Shown: piece after piece, positions 28,677 through 38,142 of the stretch | How positions within the stretch are numbered: position 1 is the first letter of the stretch | Layout of the letters: each line of letters starts with the position of its first letter | Origin: Parcubacteria bacterium RAAC4_OD1_1 | Lineage (GTDB): Bacteria; Patescibacteriota; Minisyncoccia; Phycocordibacterales; UBA9973 | Reading direction: 5' to 3' | DNA: 64,000 nt | Assembly: GCA_000505065.1 (NCBI GenBank) | Contig: AWSN01000001.1 | Coordinates: 559,929-623,928, forward strand | The notes under the pieces: generated by a model | Told to the model about the DNA's origin: nothing | Databases searched by the model: none | What the model saw: the letters and a program-made list of their open reading frames with translations, nothing else | Translations under genes and position numbers: made by a program

Positions 28677-28719
28677 AATTCACGTTTTTATTGACAAAAA
28701 AACGTGAATTTGCTACAAT
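28677..28719 (+). promoter_or_regulatory. Consensus sigma70-type promoter (TTGACA -17- TACAAT) embedded in a 14-bp inverted repeat (putative operator) upstream of fic
   Basis: aaattcacgttttta TTGACA aaaaaacgtgaattt gc TACAAT; -35 at 28691-28696, -10 at 28714-28719. Confidence 0.6.
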
Positions 28720-28733
28720 ATAAGTATATATTT

Positions 28734-29606
28734 ATGATTAAAATAAGTAAAAAATTTCAAAATATCTTAGACCTGAAAAAAACTTTTGATTCATTAAAAC
28801 AAGGGAAAGAGTCTCTTTTAAAAATAATTGATGAGGTAGAACTTGCCGAATCTGTTTATAATTCAAATGCAATAGAAAACTCAACACTCACTCTTCCTGA
28901 TACAGAAAAAATTCTTTTAGATTTAGAAGTTTCAAAAAATTATTCCCTTCGAGAAGTTTTTGAAGCTAAAAATTTAGCTCGTGTTTATGAGTACATAAAA
29001 GCCAAAAAAGAAAATATTATATTAAAACAAGAAACAATACTTTTTATACATAGTTTATTAATTGGTGGTATAAATGATTATATTGCTGGACGTTTTAGAC
29101 AATCTGGAGAATTTGTACGAGTAGGGAAACATATAGCACCAGCTCCTGAGCATATAGTCAGAATGATAGAAGTGCTACTTAATGAATACAAAACGGATTA
29201 TGAACCAAATATCTTAAAAAAGATAGCATATTTTCATTTAAATTTTGAACATATTCATCCATTTAATGATGGAAATGGTCGTATCGGAAGAGTCCTTGTT
29301 AATTTACAACTTCAAGAATTTGGTTATCCAAATATAATTATTCGCAATAAAGAAAAACATATTTATTATAAAACATTTATTTATTTTAAAGATAAAAAAT
29401 CAACTAAAGAAATGGAACAAGTTTTATATTTAGCTCTTTCTGAAAGCTTAAATAAAAGAATAGCCTATCTTAAGGGATTAGAAATTATAAAATTAGCAGA
29501 TTATGCGAAAAAGAAAAAAGTTTCTTTATCTAGTTTAATCAATTCTGCTAGAAGGCAAACCATTAGAGCATTTCGAGAAAAAGGTATTTGGAAGATTGGA
29601 ATTTAA
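28734..29606 (+). CDS. Fic/DOC family protein (AMPylation/adenylyltransferase-type)
   Basis: Fic motif HPFNDGNGRIGR; ORF track start 28704 lies upstream of the promoter -10, so MIKISKK at 28734 is the likelier start. Confidence 0.8.
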   Translation: MIKISKKFQNILDLKKTFDSLKQGKESLLKIIDEVELAESVYNSNAIENSTLTLPDTEKILLDLEVSKNYSLREVFEAKNLARVYEYIKAKKENIILKQETILFIHSLLIGGINDYIAGRFRQSGEFVRVGKHIAPAPEHIVRMIEVLLNEYKTDYEPNILKKIAYFHLNFEHIHPFNDGNGRIGRVLVNLQLQEFGYPNIIIRNKEKHIYYKTFIYFKDKKSTKEMEQVLYLALSESLNKRIAYLKGLEIIKLADYAKKKKVSLSSLINSARRQTIRAFREKGIWKIGI

Positions 29607-29745
29607 TTTTATATTTGAAATATTTTAATAAACATTAAATATTTGTTTAAAATTATACAATGAAAACATTTTTCCTTGTATTATCTATCTATGTGTGTTA
29701 ACCTGGGAATAGGGTCGTATTTTGCTAGTTAATTTGAAAAACATT

Positions 29746-29853
29746 ATGGACGAAAATACACAAAACACAAATGAGACAACAGATACACCAGTAGTTTCAG
29801 AAGAAACAACTGAAGAAGCTACTCCTGAAACAACAGAAGAAGCTCAACAATAA
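29746..29853 (+). CDS. Possible 35-aa highly acidic peptide
   Basis: MDENTQNTNETTDTPVVSEETTEEATPETTEEAQQ; followed by a strong terminator. Confidence 0.2.
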   Translation: MDENTQNTNETTDTPVVSEETTEEATPETTEEAQQ

Positions 29854-29870
29854 AAATAATTTATTTTTAT

Positions 29871-29905
29871 AAAACCCCTCTCTATCTTATGCTAGAGAGG
29901 GGTTT
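29871..29905. terminator. Bidirectional terminator (cccctctct...agagagggg)
   Basis: 9-bp GC-rich stem between convergent genes. Confidence 0.7.
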
Positions 29906-29910
29906 GCGTT

Positions 29911-31479
29911 TTATTCCTCGTCTTTAATTTTTGGTAATTTAACAAAGAAAGAAGCTCCCTTGTCACGACCTTCTGATTCTACCCAGATTTTACCACCAAT
30001 CTTTCCCAATACAGTTTTTGATAAATAAAGTCCGATTCCCATACCTTCAGTATGAGCTTTTTTACCTTCATCTGATCTATAAAAATTAGTAAATATATAT
30101 TTTCTATCTTTTTCTTCAAGTCCTATACCCGTATTTTCTATTTTAATTATTATATTGTTTTCATCTGGGTGAATAGCCTCAATTTCTATTTTGCCACCTT
30201 CTTTGTTGTATATTATTGCATTGTCTATAATCGTCTGAAATACAAATTTAAGTTTATTTTCATGAGCAAATACAAAATCTTCAAAATTATGAATAGGGGA
30301 TACATTTATTTTTTTTATTTTCATTATTTCATTACTCTCATCTATTATTTTTACTATCATATCTCTCAGATTTATTTTTATTAAATGATTTTCAATTACT
30401 TTTCTGTCATAATCAGCCACACTCACAAGTAGGTTTGTAAGGCTTATAAGGTTGTTGGCTGATCTTTTGATCCCCTCCACATCTCCTTTTAAATTTTCTG
30501 GTATTGATTTAATCAAATCCTCACTATACCATTTGATGGCTGTTAGTGGTGTCCTAAATTTATGAGTAATTACTTTGATGAATTCATATTTAAGGAAATC
30601 TGATTCTCGTATTTTTTTCCAAAAGAACAAAAGACCAGATGTTATTATAAATGCCATCAAAATAGAGGAAACCCATCTAGGGAAGTTTGTGCTACCTTGT
30701 ATTATTAGAGTATTTATATAATTTAAAAGAACTAGCATTAAACCAAAAACAGCACTTGTGATTATATAAATAAATGATTTTTTGGCAATAATTTTTACAT
30801 CCATAAGTTCATATTGGACTGCAGCATAAGTAAGAGGAATAGCAAAAAGTGGAATAAAAAGGAATGCCCAAAGAGGGTTTACTTGTATATTATAAACAAG
30901 CAAAAAGTCTATTGAACCAAATAGGTATCCAAAGAAAAGAGCTATTCCAAAATATTTAATTCTATTTTTTTCAACAAAGTTTGCTATTTTATAGGCTTTC
31001 CATAATATATAAAAAGAATACACCACCATTAAAAAGAAAAATATGAGCATAAGGAAATATTGAGGACCTGCTTCATAATAATTTGGAAAATACATTTTTG
31101 GTTCTGACGTTAAAAGATATTTTAGAGGATTTAAAATAAAATATATTACGAGCCCAATCCCTATAGTATAGAAACTAATAATAATTTTTCTTTGTTCTTT
31201 TAATTGTTTTATAAAAGCAAGTGTTGTATGAGTAGTAAAAACAGGAAGAAGTGTCACTATGACGTTAAACATAAGAATTCTCCTTGAAAGTTCACTATCA
31301 TATACGGAAACCCCAATTATTTGAGATAATTCAAATATGATAGTACAGAAAAGTGCCATAATGAGAGCCATTTTAGCTACTCCTTTTTCTGCTTTTAAAA
31401 AAAGGAAAATTATCATATAAGACGATAATAAAAAACTAAAGAAAAATAATAAATTGTGCATTAATAAATTTATATTCAT
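29911..31479 (-). CDS. Sensor histidine kinase with large N-terminal polytopic membrane domain (orphan: no response regulator adjacent)
   Basis: 522 aa; ~8 TM helices; H-box HKFRTPLTAIKWYSEDL; HATPase_c GMGIGLYLSKTVL...KIWVESEG. Confidence 0.8.
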   Translation of the reverse strand: MNINLLMHNLLFFFSFLLSSYMIIFLFLKAEKGVAKMALIMALFCTIIFELSQIIGVSVYDSELSRRILMFNVIVTLLPVFTTHTTLAFIKQLKEQRKIIISFYTIGIGLVIYFILNPLKYLLTSEPKMYFPNYYEAGPQYFLMLIFFFLMVVYSFYILWKAYKIANFVEKNRIKYFGIALFFGYLFGSIDFLLVYNIQVNPLWAFLFIPLFAIPLTYAAVQYELMDVKIIAKKSFIYIITSAVFGLMLVLLNYINTLIIQGSTNFPRWVSSILMAFIITSGLLFFWKKIRESDFLKYEFIKVITHKFRTPLTAIKWYSEDLIKSIPENLKGDVEGIKRSANNLISLTNLLVSVADYDRKVIENHLIKINLRDMIVKIIDESNEIMKIKKINVSPIHNFEDFVFAHENKLKFVFQTIIDNAIIYNKEGGKIEIEAIHPDENNIIIKIENTGIGLEEKDRKYIFTNFYRSDEGKKAHTEGMGIGLYLSKTVLGKIGGKIWVESEGRDKGASFFVKLPKIKDEE

Positions 31480-31562
31480 ATATTAAATTGTATCATAATG
31501 ACACTTTGACTACAAAGTATAAATGTGTGTTTATCTTTAAAATAGTTTATAATATCTTCTGT

Positions 31563-32045
31563 ATGAATAAGAATAATAAATTAAAAGTCTTAATACTTCC
31601 CAATATTCGTTCGGCGATAAATGTCGGAGCGATTTTCCGTACTGCCGATGCTCTTGGTATAGATATGGTATATCTCGTAGGGGTGACTCCAAGACCTACA
31701 GATAAATTTGGCAGAATCCAAAAAGATATTAAAAAAAGCGCCTTAGGGGCTGAAGAATTTGTAAAATGGGAATATAAAGAAAAATTACTTCCACTTTTAA
31801 ACAAACTTAGAAAAGATAATTATTTTATTGTGGCGATAGAGCAAGGTAAAAATTCTAAAGATTATAGAAAAATAAAAATAAAAGAAAAAACAGCTTTTAT
31901 TCTTGGAGAAGAAGTTTATGGTATAAAAGAAAATATTTTAGATAAATGTGATGCAATAGCTGAAATACCTATGCATGGTAAAAAAGAGTCCTTAAATGTA
32001 TCTGTAGCCTGTGGGGTAGCATTATTTAGGATGATGTATCTGTAA
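31563..32045 (+). CDS. TrmH/SpoU family RNA 2'-O-methyltransferase
   Basis: ILGEEVYGIKENIL, IPMHGKKESLNVSVACGVALF motifs; likely start MNKNNK at 31563. Confidence 0.75.
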   Translation: MNKNNKLKVLILPNIRSAINVGAIFRTADALGIDMVYLVGVTPRPTDKFGRIQKDIKKSALGAEEFVKWEYKEKLLPLLNKLRKDNYFIVAIEQGKNSKDYRKIKIKEKTAFILGEEVYGIKENILDKCDAIAEIPMHGKKESLNVSVACGVALFRMMYL

Positions 32046-32046
32046 A

Positions 32047-32265
32047 TTATCGGAGTGGGTAGCTTACCGCCTCCTCATAAACTGGTTTTATAAGAGGAGT
32101 AGAATCTTCACCGTATCTGGTACCTCCTGTAAGAATCCATATTACAAAAATAATAATTAGAAATATTATAACCTGTAAACCAAATGGCATTTCACCGCCG
32201 TTATAATTTTTGAATTTTTTATTAGACATAAATATATTTATATAAATTTTTGATGTGTGTTGCAA
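32047..32265 (-). CDS. Small membrane protein
   Basis: 72 aa, one TM. Confidence 0.3.
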   Translation of the reverse strand: MQHTSKIYINIFMSNKKFKNYNGGEMPFGLQVIIFLIIIFVIWILTGGTRYGEDSTPLIKPVYEEAVSYPLR

Positions 32266-33176
32266 AAGTGAGCACTGCGACCATTTATAACTTTTCTTAT
32301 TATAACACCTTTACAATTTTTTTGTCCGCATTTATCTCCTTTTTTCTTATAGACATTGTGGTGATTTTGGAAATTTCCCCTTTCCCCATATATGTTTCTA
32401 TAATCAGACATTGAATCTCCACCGAAATCTATTCCTTTTTTCAAGATGTTTTTCATATTCTCAAACATTTTTTTGAAATCCTTTTTATTCATATTGATTG
32501 GTTTTGATTCTGGATGTATTCCTGAAGCCCACAATATTTCGTCAGAATAAATGTTGCCAATACCGGAAATAATATGTTGATCCATAAGTATAGTTTTTAT
32601 ATTTTTATTTATTTTTATTAGTCTTTCTGTAAATTTTTTTAAATCAAAGTCTTTATCAAGTGGTTCGGGTCCTAGATTACAAATCCCATGATTTATTTTA
32701 TCTTCGTCATTTTCAAGCAAGGTGACTTTCCCAAATTTTCTACTATCACTCATTACTAAATGTTTATTATTGTTTAGAGAAAAAACCACATGTACAAATC
32801 TGTTGTATTTATCATGGAGAGATTTCTTTTCATTTTCATCTGGTATCCATTTTTCTACTTTCCTGTTAATACTTATTACTTTATTATATCTCCCATAGAG
32901 TAAATGCCCAGTCATTTTTAGATGAATAAGTATGGTTTTGTTATTTTGTAGGTGAATCAATATATTCTTTGCTTTTCTTTCTATCCCTATTATCTTTTGT
33001 CTAATTATTTTTTTCTTAAATTTTTTAAAAAATATATCATTTTTGATTGTGTTTTTAAATTGTTTTATTTTTTGATCTTTTTTTGCCAAATCTGTCCAAA
33101 CATCAGAAATAACAAGACCCCTTACAGTCTTTTTAAGTCCATTTACTGTTGTTGTAACTTCTGGGAGTTCTGGCAT
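32238..33176 (-). CDS. mutM: Formamidopyrimidine-DNA glycosylase (Fpg/MutM/Nei family)
   Basis: N-terminal MPELPEVTT (catalytic Pro2, Glu3), C-terminal zinc finger C..C...C..C. Confidence 0.8.
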   Translation of the reverse strand: MPELPEVTTTVNGLKKTVRGLVISDVWTDLAKKDQKIKQFKNTIKNDIFFKKFKKKIIRQKIIGIERKAKNILIHLQNNKTILIHLKMTGHLLYGRYNKVISINRKVEKWIPDENEKKSLHDKYNRFVHVVFSLNNNKHLVMSDSRKFGKVTLLENDEDKINHGICNLGPEPLDKDFDLKKFTERLIKINKNIKTILMDQHIISGIGNIYSDEILWASGIHPESKPINMNKKDFKKMFENMKNILKKGIDFGGDSMSDYRNIYGERGNFQNHHNVYKKKGDKCGQKNCKGVIIRKVINGRSAHFCNTHQKFI

Positions 33177-33181
33177 AAGTG

Positions 33182-33757
33182 TTAATGGTTATTTAAAATT
33201 CTTAGAGCTTCTTTTATTTTTTCGTTAGTTTTTTCTATTTCAGGTGAAATTTTCTTTACTACTTCGCGAGCTTCTGTTTGTGAATATCCAAGAGATTTAA
33301 GTGCTTCTATAATATCTCCTTCATCACGAAGAGATTTCTCCCCATTTTCATTTTTGTAAGACTGGAGCTTGTCTCGTAATTCGACAACAATTTTCTCAGC
33401 AGTTTTCCTTCCTATACCAGAGACTTTGTTTAAATAGCTTGTATCTCCTGTGGATATTGCACGAGCTAGATTTTCTACTGGCGCTATATTTAATATTCCC
33501 AGAGCAGATTTTGGTCCAATCCCAGACACAGAAAGCAACATTTCAAAAAATGATAAATCCTCATTATTTATAAATCCGTATAAGTCTATAGAATTTTCTC
33601 GGACAGCAGTATATATAAAGAGTATTACTTCATCTTCCTCTTTGGATTTAGATAAGGTTTCATTTGATACATATACTTTATATCCAACACCAGAGACATC
33701 AATAAGGATAAATTTATCCCCAGTAAATACAATATTTCCTTTTAATCTTCCTATCAT
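33182..33757 (-). CDS. ruvA: Holliday junction DNA helicase subunit RuvA
   Basis: 191 aa; MIGRLKG...GVGYKV OB domain, HhH pair, C-terminal domain. Confidence 0.8.
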   Translation of the reverse strand: MIGRLKGNIVFTGDKFILIDVSGVGYKVYVSNETLSKSKEEDEVILFIYTAVRENSIDLYGFINNEDLSFFEMLLSVSGIGPKSALGILNIAPVENLARAISTGDTSYLNKVSGIGRKTAEKIVVELRDKLQSYKNENGEKSLRDEGDIIEALKSLGYSQTEAREVVKKISPEIEKTNEKIKEALRILNNH

Positions 33758-33850
33758 ATATATGATAATATCAAATATTGATATTTTTTGCTATTTCTGG
33801 TATTGTAAAGAAGTCTCAGTCTATTTAATTAATATTAAGTATATAAAATT

Positions 33851-34105
33851 ATGCCAATTACAAAATCAGCAAAAAAGGCACTAAGATCATCTGCTAAAAA
33901 AAGAGCTGTTAATGATCGTAACAAAAAGGTAGTCAAAGAATCAATTAAAGGTATTGAAAAGCTTGTTAAAGAAAAGAAAAAAGATGAAGCAAAAAAGCTT
34001 TTACCAAAAGCTTACAGTGCTATAGATAAAGCTTATAAAAAAGGAGTTATAAAGAAGAATAATGCATCTCGCAAGAAATCTCGTCTTTCACGAATTACAA
34101 AATAA
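33851..34105 (+). CDS. rpsT: 30S ribosomal protein S20
   Basis: 84 aa; MPITKSAKKALRSSAKKRAVNDRNKK. Confidence 0.85.
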   Translation: MPITKSAKKALRSSAKKRAVNDRNKKVVKESIKGIEKLVKEKKKDEAKKLLPKAYSAIDKAYKKGVIKKNNASRKKSRLSRITK

Positions 34106-34115
34106 GTATTTAGAA

Positions 34116-34145
34116 ACAATTCCCCGATTTATCGGGGAATTGTTT
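34116..34145 (+). terminator. Rho-independent terminator (aacaattccccgat..atcggggaattgtt)
   Basis: Perfect stem plus T-run after rpsT. Confidence 0.7.
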
Positions 34146-34156
34146 ATTTTGAGTAG

Positions 34157-34441
34157 GTGAGTATAATTATGTATATGCAAGATCTTATATTTTTTTATGG
34201 AGAGGGGTGCTCGTATTGTGTAGATATGGAAGAGAAAATTGATACTCTAATCAAAGAAGGTTTTAATATTTCTAAATTAGAAGTTTGGAACAATATGAAA
34301 AATGATGCTTTTTTAGAAAAGTTAGATAATGGAGAAGAGATTTGTGGTGGTGTGCCTTTTCTTATAAATAATAAATCTGGTAAAAGGATTTGTGGAGAGG
34401 CAACACTTGACGAACTTCGTTCTTGGGCCAAAGGAGAATAG
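34157..34441 (+). CDS. Glutaredoxin/thioredoxin-fold small protein (CxxC)
   Basis: FFYGEGCSYCVDMEEKI. Confidence 0.6.
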   Translation: MSIIMYMQDLIFFYGEGCSYCVDMEEKIDTLIKEGFNISKLEVWNNMKNDAFLEKLDNGEEICGGVPFLINNKSGKRICGEATLDELRSWAKGE

Positions 34442-34462
34442 TTATTAATAATCTAAAAATTT

Positions 34463-35716
34463 ATGAAAAAGTTTATTGTTATCTTTTTGTTTGTATTATC
34501 ATTTTTGCAATTTGCAAAAATTTCTTATGCCGAAGAATTAAATGCTTATTTTTTCTATGGGCAAGGTTGTCCTCACTGTGCTAAAGAAGAAGTTTTTCTC
34601 GATAGTATCAAAGATAAATACCCCACACTTCAAATAAATACTTTTGAAGTTTATTACAATAAAGAGAATGGGGAATTGATGTCTAAAGTTTCAAAGATTT
34701 TAGGAGTAACTGCAAACGGTGTCCCATTTTTTGTGCTTGGTGATAAATCCTTTATTGGATTTTCAGAAAGTGTAACTCCAAGGGAAATTGAGACAAGGAT
34801 TAATGAATGTATAGTAAATACTTGTTCTGATTCTATAAAATCTTTAATCATTAAACCTCAAGTTATAACAGAAATTCAAAAAGAAAATATTGAAATAAAA
34901 AGTAGTGAAGTAGTAGATACAGCAAGTGTAGAAATAAAAACAGAAGGTAATATTAACAAGGAGAAAGAAAAAATTATAGATGTCCCATTTTTAGGAGAAT
35001 TAAATGTTTATGATTTTTCCCTACCTTTTATTACACTTGTCCTTGGACTTTTGGATGGGTTTAATCCTTGTGCTATGTGGACCCTCATCTTTCTTATAAG
35101 TTTGCTTCTTGGAATGGAAAATAAAAAAAGAATGTGGACACTAGGGATTGCCTTTATTGTTGTTTCTGGTGCAGTTTACTTTTTGTTTATGTCGGCTTGG
35201 CTAAACCTCATTCTTTTTCTTGGGTTTATAGCAATTGTTCGGATTATCATTGGACTCGTGGCTCTCTTTGGGGGAGGTTACTCACTTCGAGAATTCTTTA
35301 TAAATAAAGAGAATGTTTGTAAAGTCGGGGATGAAAATAAAAAAGAAAAAGTTTTTGAAAGATTAAAAATAATTACAAAAAAGAATAATCTTTTTATTGC
35401 TCTTTCGGGGATAATTTTACTTGCTTTTGTCGTGAATCTGATCGAGCTTGTTTGCTCGGCTGGGCTTCCTGCAGTGTACACACAGATACTTGCTATGAAT
35501 GATTTACCAAAAGCTGGATATTATTTGTATATACTTTTGTATATTTTTTTCTTTATGCTTGATGATCTTTTTGTTTTCATCATAGCGATGGTGACACTTC
35601 GTATGACAGGACTCAGTGGCAAGTATGCAAGGTTTTCTCATCTTATCGGCGGAACCATAATGATCATTATTGGTGTTTTTCTCATATTTAAGCCCGAGTG
35701 GTTGATGTTTGGATAA
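34463..35716 (+). CDS. Thioredoxin-like domain fused to CcdA/DsbD-type membrane thiol:disulfide transporter
   Basis: 417 aa; signal peptide; FFYGQGCPHCAKEE; membrane domain with LGLLDGFNPCAMW and second Cys in SAGLPAVY region. Confidence 0.7.
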   Translation: MKKFIVIFLFVLSFLQFAKISYAEELNAYFFYGQGCPHCAKEEVFLDSIKDKYPTLQINTFEVYYNKENGELMSKVSKILGVTANGVPFFVLGDKSFIGFSESVTPREIETRINECIVNTCSDSIKSLIIKPQVITEIQKENIEIKSSEVVDTASVEIKTEGNINKEKEKIIDVPFLGELNVYDFSLPFITLVLGLLDGFNPCAMWTLIFLISLLLGMENKKRMWTLGIAFIVVSGAVYFLFMSAWLNLILFLGFIAIVRIIIGLVALFGGGYSLREFFINKENVCKVGDENKKEKVFERLKIITKKNNLFIALSGIILLAFVVNLIELVCSAGLPAVYTQILAMNDLPKAGYYLYILLYIFFFMLDDLFVFIIAMVTLRMTGLSGKYARFSHLIGGTIMIIIGVFLIFKPEWLMFG

Positions 35717-35741
35717 AATTATTATTAATTAAAAAATATTT

Positions 35742-36140
35742 ATGAAAAATTCTTATAATTGGTACCAGACTCTTGTGAAGCCCACTTGGGCGCCACCATC
35801 ATGGCTTTTTGGGCCGGTGTGGAGTGTCCTTTATGTGCTCATTGCCATTTCTTTTGGTAGTGTGTTTGTAAAATTCTTCCAAAAGAAAATTCCTTTTATT
35901 GTAATCTTGCCATTTATTTTAAATTTAATTTTTAATTTCACTTTCACTTATTTTCAATTCGGATTAAAGAGTAATATTTTGGCAATGATAGACATCCTCC
36001 TAGTCCTTATTACTCTCATCTGGGCGATGCTCGCTATTTACCCATATATGAAATGGGTAGCACTTATAAACATCCCATATCTTCTTTGGGTTTCTTTTGC
36101 GACAGTTCTCCAAATCACGATTACTGTTTTAAATAAATAA
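35742..36140 (+). CDS. TspO/MBR (tryptophan-rich sensory protein)-like membrane protein, short
   Basis: WYQTLVKPTWAPPSWLFGPVWSVLYVLIAISFG. Confidence 0.55.
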   Translation: MKNSYNWYQTLVKPTWAPPSWLFGPVWSVLYVLIAISFGSVFVKFFQKKIPFIVILPFILNLIFNFTFTYFQFGLKSNILAMIDILLVLITLIWAMLAIYPYMKWVALINIPYLLWVSFATVLQITITVLNK

Positions 36141-36145
36141 TTTAA

Positions 36146-36176
36146 AATTTTAGTAGTCCGACTACTAAAATTTTAA
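36146..36176. repeat. 31-nt palindromic hairpin (aattttagtagtccgactactaaaattttaa), copy 1; acts as bidirectional terminator
   Basis: Identical copy at 37734-37764. Confidence 0.75.
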
Positions 36177-36283
36177 TCTGTGTTATAATTTTACTTTAAA
36201 TAATATGAATTGAAAGAAAAGTATTCCCTCGTTTGTACTATTAATATAAAGGTCGTATTAATAGATATTAAACAACAAATACA

Positions 36284-36670
36284 ATGAATAAAAAAACATT
36301 AGCATTGATAGGGGTTTCGACTTTAGCACTAGGTGCAGTAGTCCTTTCACCGAGCTTTATAGAAGCTTACCGTGGGGACATAAATGTAAAAGGTCCAAAT
36401 TATACAGCCGAGAGACATGAAGCAATGGAGAAGGCTTTTGAAACTAAAGACTTTACAGCATGGCAGAAGCTTATGGAAGGCAGGGGCAGAGTTACACAAG
36501 TTATAAACAAAGACAACTTTGCAAAGTTTGCAGAAATTCACGAGCTTTTAGAAGATGGCAAAAAGGATGAAGCAAATAAATTAAGAGCGGAGCTTGGACT
36601 TGGATTACAAAATGGTATGGGCCAAGGCAAGGGAATGGGCCAAGGTATGGGTAGGATGAATAATCGTTAA
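36284..36670 (+). CDS. Secreted hypothetical protein with C-terminal (MGQGKG)n repeats
   Basis: 128 aa, signal peptide. Confidence 0.45.
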   Translation: MNKKTLALIGVSTLALGAVVLSPSFIEAYRGDINVKGPNYTAERHEAMEKAFETKDFTAWQKLMEGRGRVTQVINKDNFAKFAEIHELLEDGKKDEANKLRAELGLGLQNGMGQGKGMGQGMGRMNNR

Positions 36671-36726
36671 AACTAATTTTAATTCAAAAGCCCTGAAGTG
36701 TCGGGGCTTTGGGTTAAATATATTAA

Positions 36727-37269
36727 ATGTTTGAATACAAAAATAAAACAGATGAAGAAGTTGTCTCTTATGTCCAATCAGAATATCAGGAGTTTTATTT
36801 TGTGATAGTAGATAGATATAAAGACAAGCTCTCCCGCTATGTGGGTTCAATGACCAAGGATGAAGTGAAAACGAGGGATATAGTACAGGAAACTTTTATA
36901 AAAGCATTTATAAATTTAAGAGGTTTTGATAAGAATAAAAAGTTTTCAAGTTGGATATATCGTATCGCTCACAATGAAGCAATAAATACACTCAAGAAGA
37001 ATTATAGAGAAATTCCTTTTGAAGAAGATTTTGATATAAAAAGTGAAGAAGACATTGTTCTTGATTTTGAAAAGAAGGAAATATCAAAAAAACTGGATAA
37101 ATGTATAAATGATATGCCACTTATTTACAGAGAGTCACTCGTCCTTTATTTTATAGAAGAGAAATCATATGAAGAAATAAGCGACATCATCCGTATCCCT
37201 ATGGGGACTGTCGCCACGAGGATTAATAGGGCAAAAATTTTAATGAAAAAAATATGTCAAAAGAATTAA
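36727..37269 (+). CDS. ECF-type RNA polymerase sigma-70 factor
   Basis: Region 2 IVQETFIKAFINLRGF...WIYRIAHNEAIN; region 4 YRESLVLYFIEEKSYEEISDIIRIPMGTVATRINRAK. Confidence 0.8.
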   Translation: MFEYKNKTDEEVVSYVQSEYQEFYFVIVDRYKDKLSRYVGSMTKDEVKTRDIVQETFIKAFINLRGFDKNKKFSSWIYRIAHNEAINTLKKNYREIPFEEDFDIKSEEDIVLDFEKKEISKKLDKCINDMPLIYRESLVLYFIEEKSYEEISDIIRIPMGTVATRINRAKILMKKICQKN

Positions 37270-37733
37270 ACAAAACAACAGAAGAAATAATGGAGAAAAT
37301 AAAAAAGGGGCATATAAAGATGCGCCCAAGAGTTTATTTTGTAATGGGTTACATTCTCACTATATTGGGTGCTGTCTTTTCATTTGTCACTTCTGTATTT
37401 TTTATTGGATTAACTCGGTTTGCGATTCGGGCCCATGGGCCGATGGCAGGGTATCGCTTGGACCAAATACTTTCTAGTTTTTCTTGGTGGATACCAGCAC
37501 TAGCAGTGCTCGGTATAGTCTCCGGAGTTTATATATTAAAGAAGTATGACTTTTCTTACAAAATAAATTTTAAATTATTTATCATCGGACTTTTGGCATC
37601 CATACTAATTGCAGGGTATGTGATAGACCTCACAGGACTAAACGATTCCCTAGCCCGCCGTGGTGGCAAATGGAAAGAGGGGAGGCAATTCCAAAAACTA
37701 AATAATCCTCAAGGGGAAGGGTTTAGGAGATAG
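37254..37733 (+). CDS. Putative membrane anti-sigma factor (overlaps sigma gene)
   Basis: 159 aa, several TM helices, translationally coupled to the ECF sigma. Confidence 0.45.
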   Translation: MSKELNKTTEEIMEKIKKGHIKMRPRVYFVMGYILTILGAVFSFVTSVFFIGLTRFAIRAHGPMAGYRLDQILSSFSWWIPALAVLGIVSGVYILKKYDFSYKINFKLFIIGLLASILIAGYVIDLTGLNDSLARRGGKWKEGRQFQKLNNPQGEGFRR

Positions 37734-37764
37734 AATTTTAGTAGTCCGACTACTAAAATTTTAA
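37734..37764. repeat. 31-nt palindromic hairpin, copy 2 (identical to 36146-36176)
   Basis: Exact repeat. Confidence 0.75.
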
Positions 37765-37815
37765 ATTATTTGGTTTATTTTTATGGATAGGTTATAATAT
37801 AAACACAATTAAATA

Positions 37816-37968
37816 GTTTGATATCAAGAGTATGGCGAGAGTACTGGCTCGAAGACCCATCAGCAACCCTTAGAAATAAGAAGGTGCTAAATCCAGCCAA
37901 TAGCAGAAATGTTATATGGAAAGATAAGACTAGTCATCTATCTTTCCTCATTATGAGGAATTTTTTAA
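37816..37968 (+). promoter_or_regulatory. Second SAM-I riboswitch (~90% identical to the metK copy) with terminator
   Basis: ATATCAAGAGTATGGCGAGAGTACTGGCTCGAAGACCCATCAGCAACC...GGTGCTAAATCC...AAGATAAGA; terminator cctcAttatGagg+T6 carries compensatory changes versus cctcTtattaGagg in copy 1. Confidence 0.75.
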
Positions 37969-37980
37969 TTTAAAAGGTAT

Positions 37981-38064
37981 ATGCAACAATTTTTAATTGC
38001 ACTTGCGATAGTTTTTATTCCTATGGTCTTTGGGGGAATATTATATTTAGTTTATATGAAATAA
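37981..38064 (+). CDS. 27-aa hydrophobic peptide directly downstream of riboswitch 2
   Basis: MQQFLIALAIVFIPMVFGGILYLVYMK; occupies the position metK has after riboswitch 1. Confidence 0.3.
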   Translation: MQQFLIALAIVFIPMVFGGILYLVYMK

Positions 38065-38142
38065 GATGAAAACCCCGTATTTTGGGGGTCCAAGATTAAA
38101 TTGTAAAAAAGTTGGAAGTATGAGAGAATAATAATATAATTT

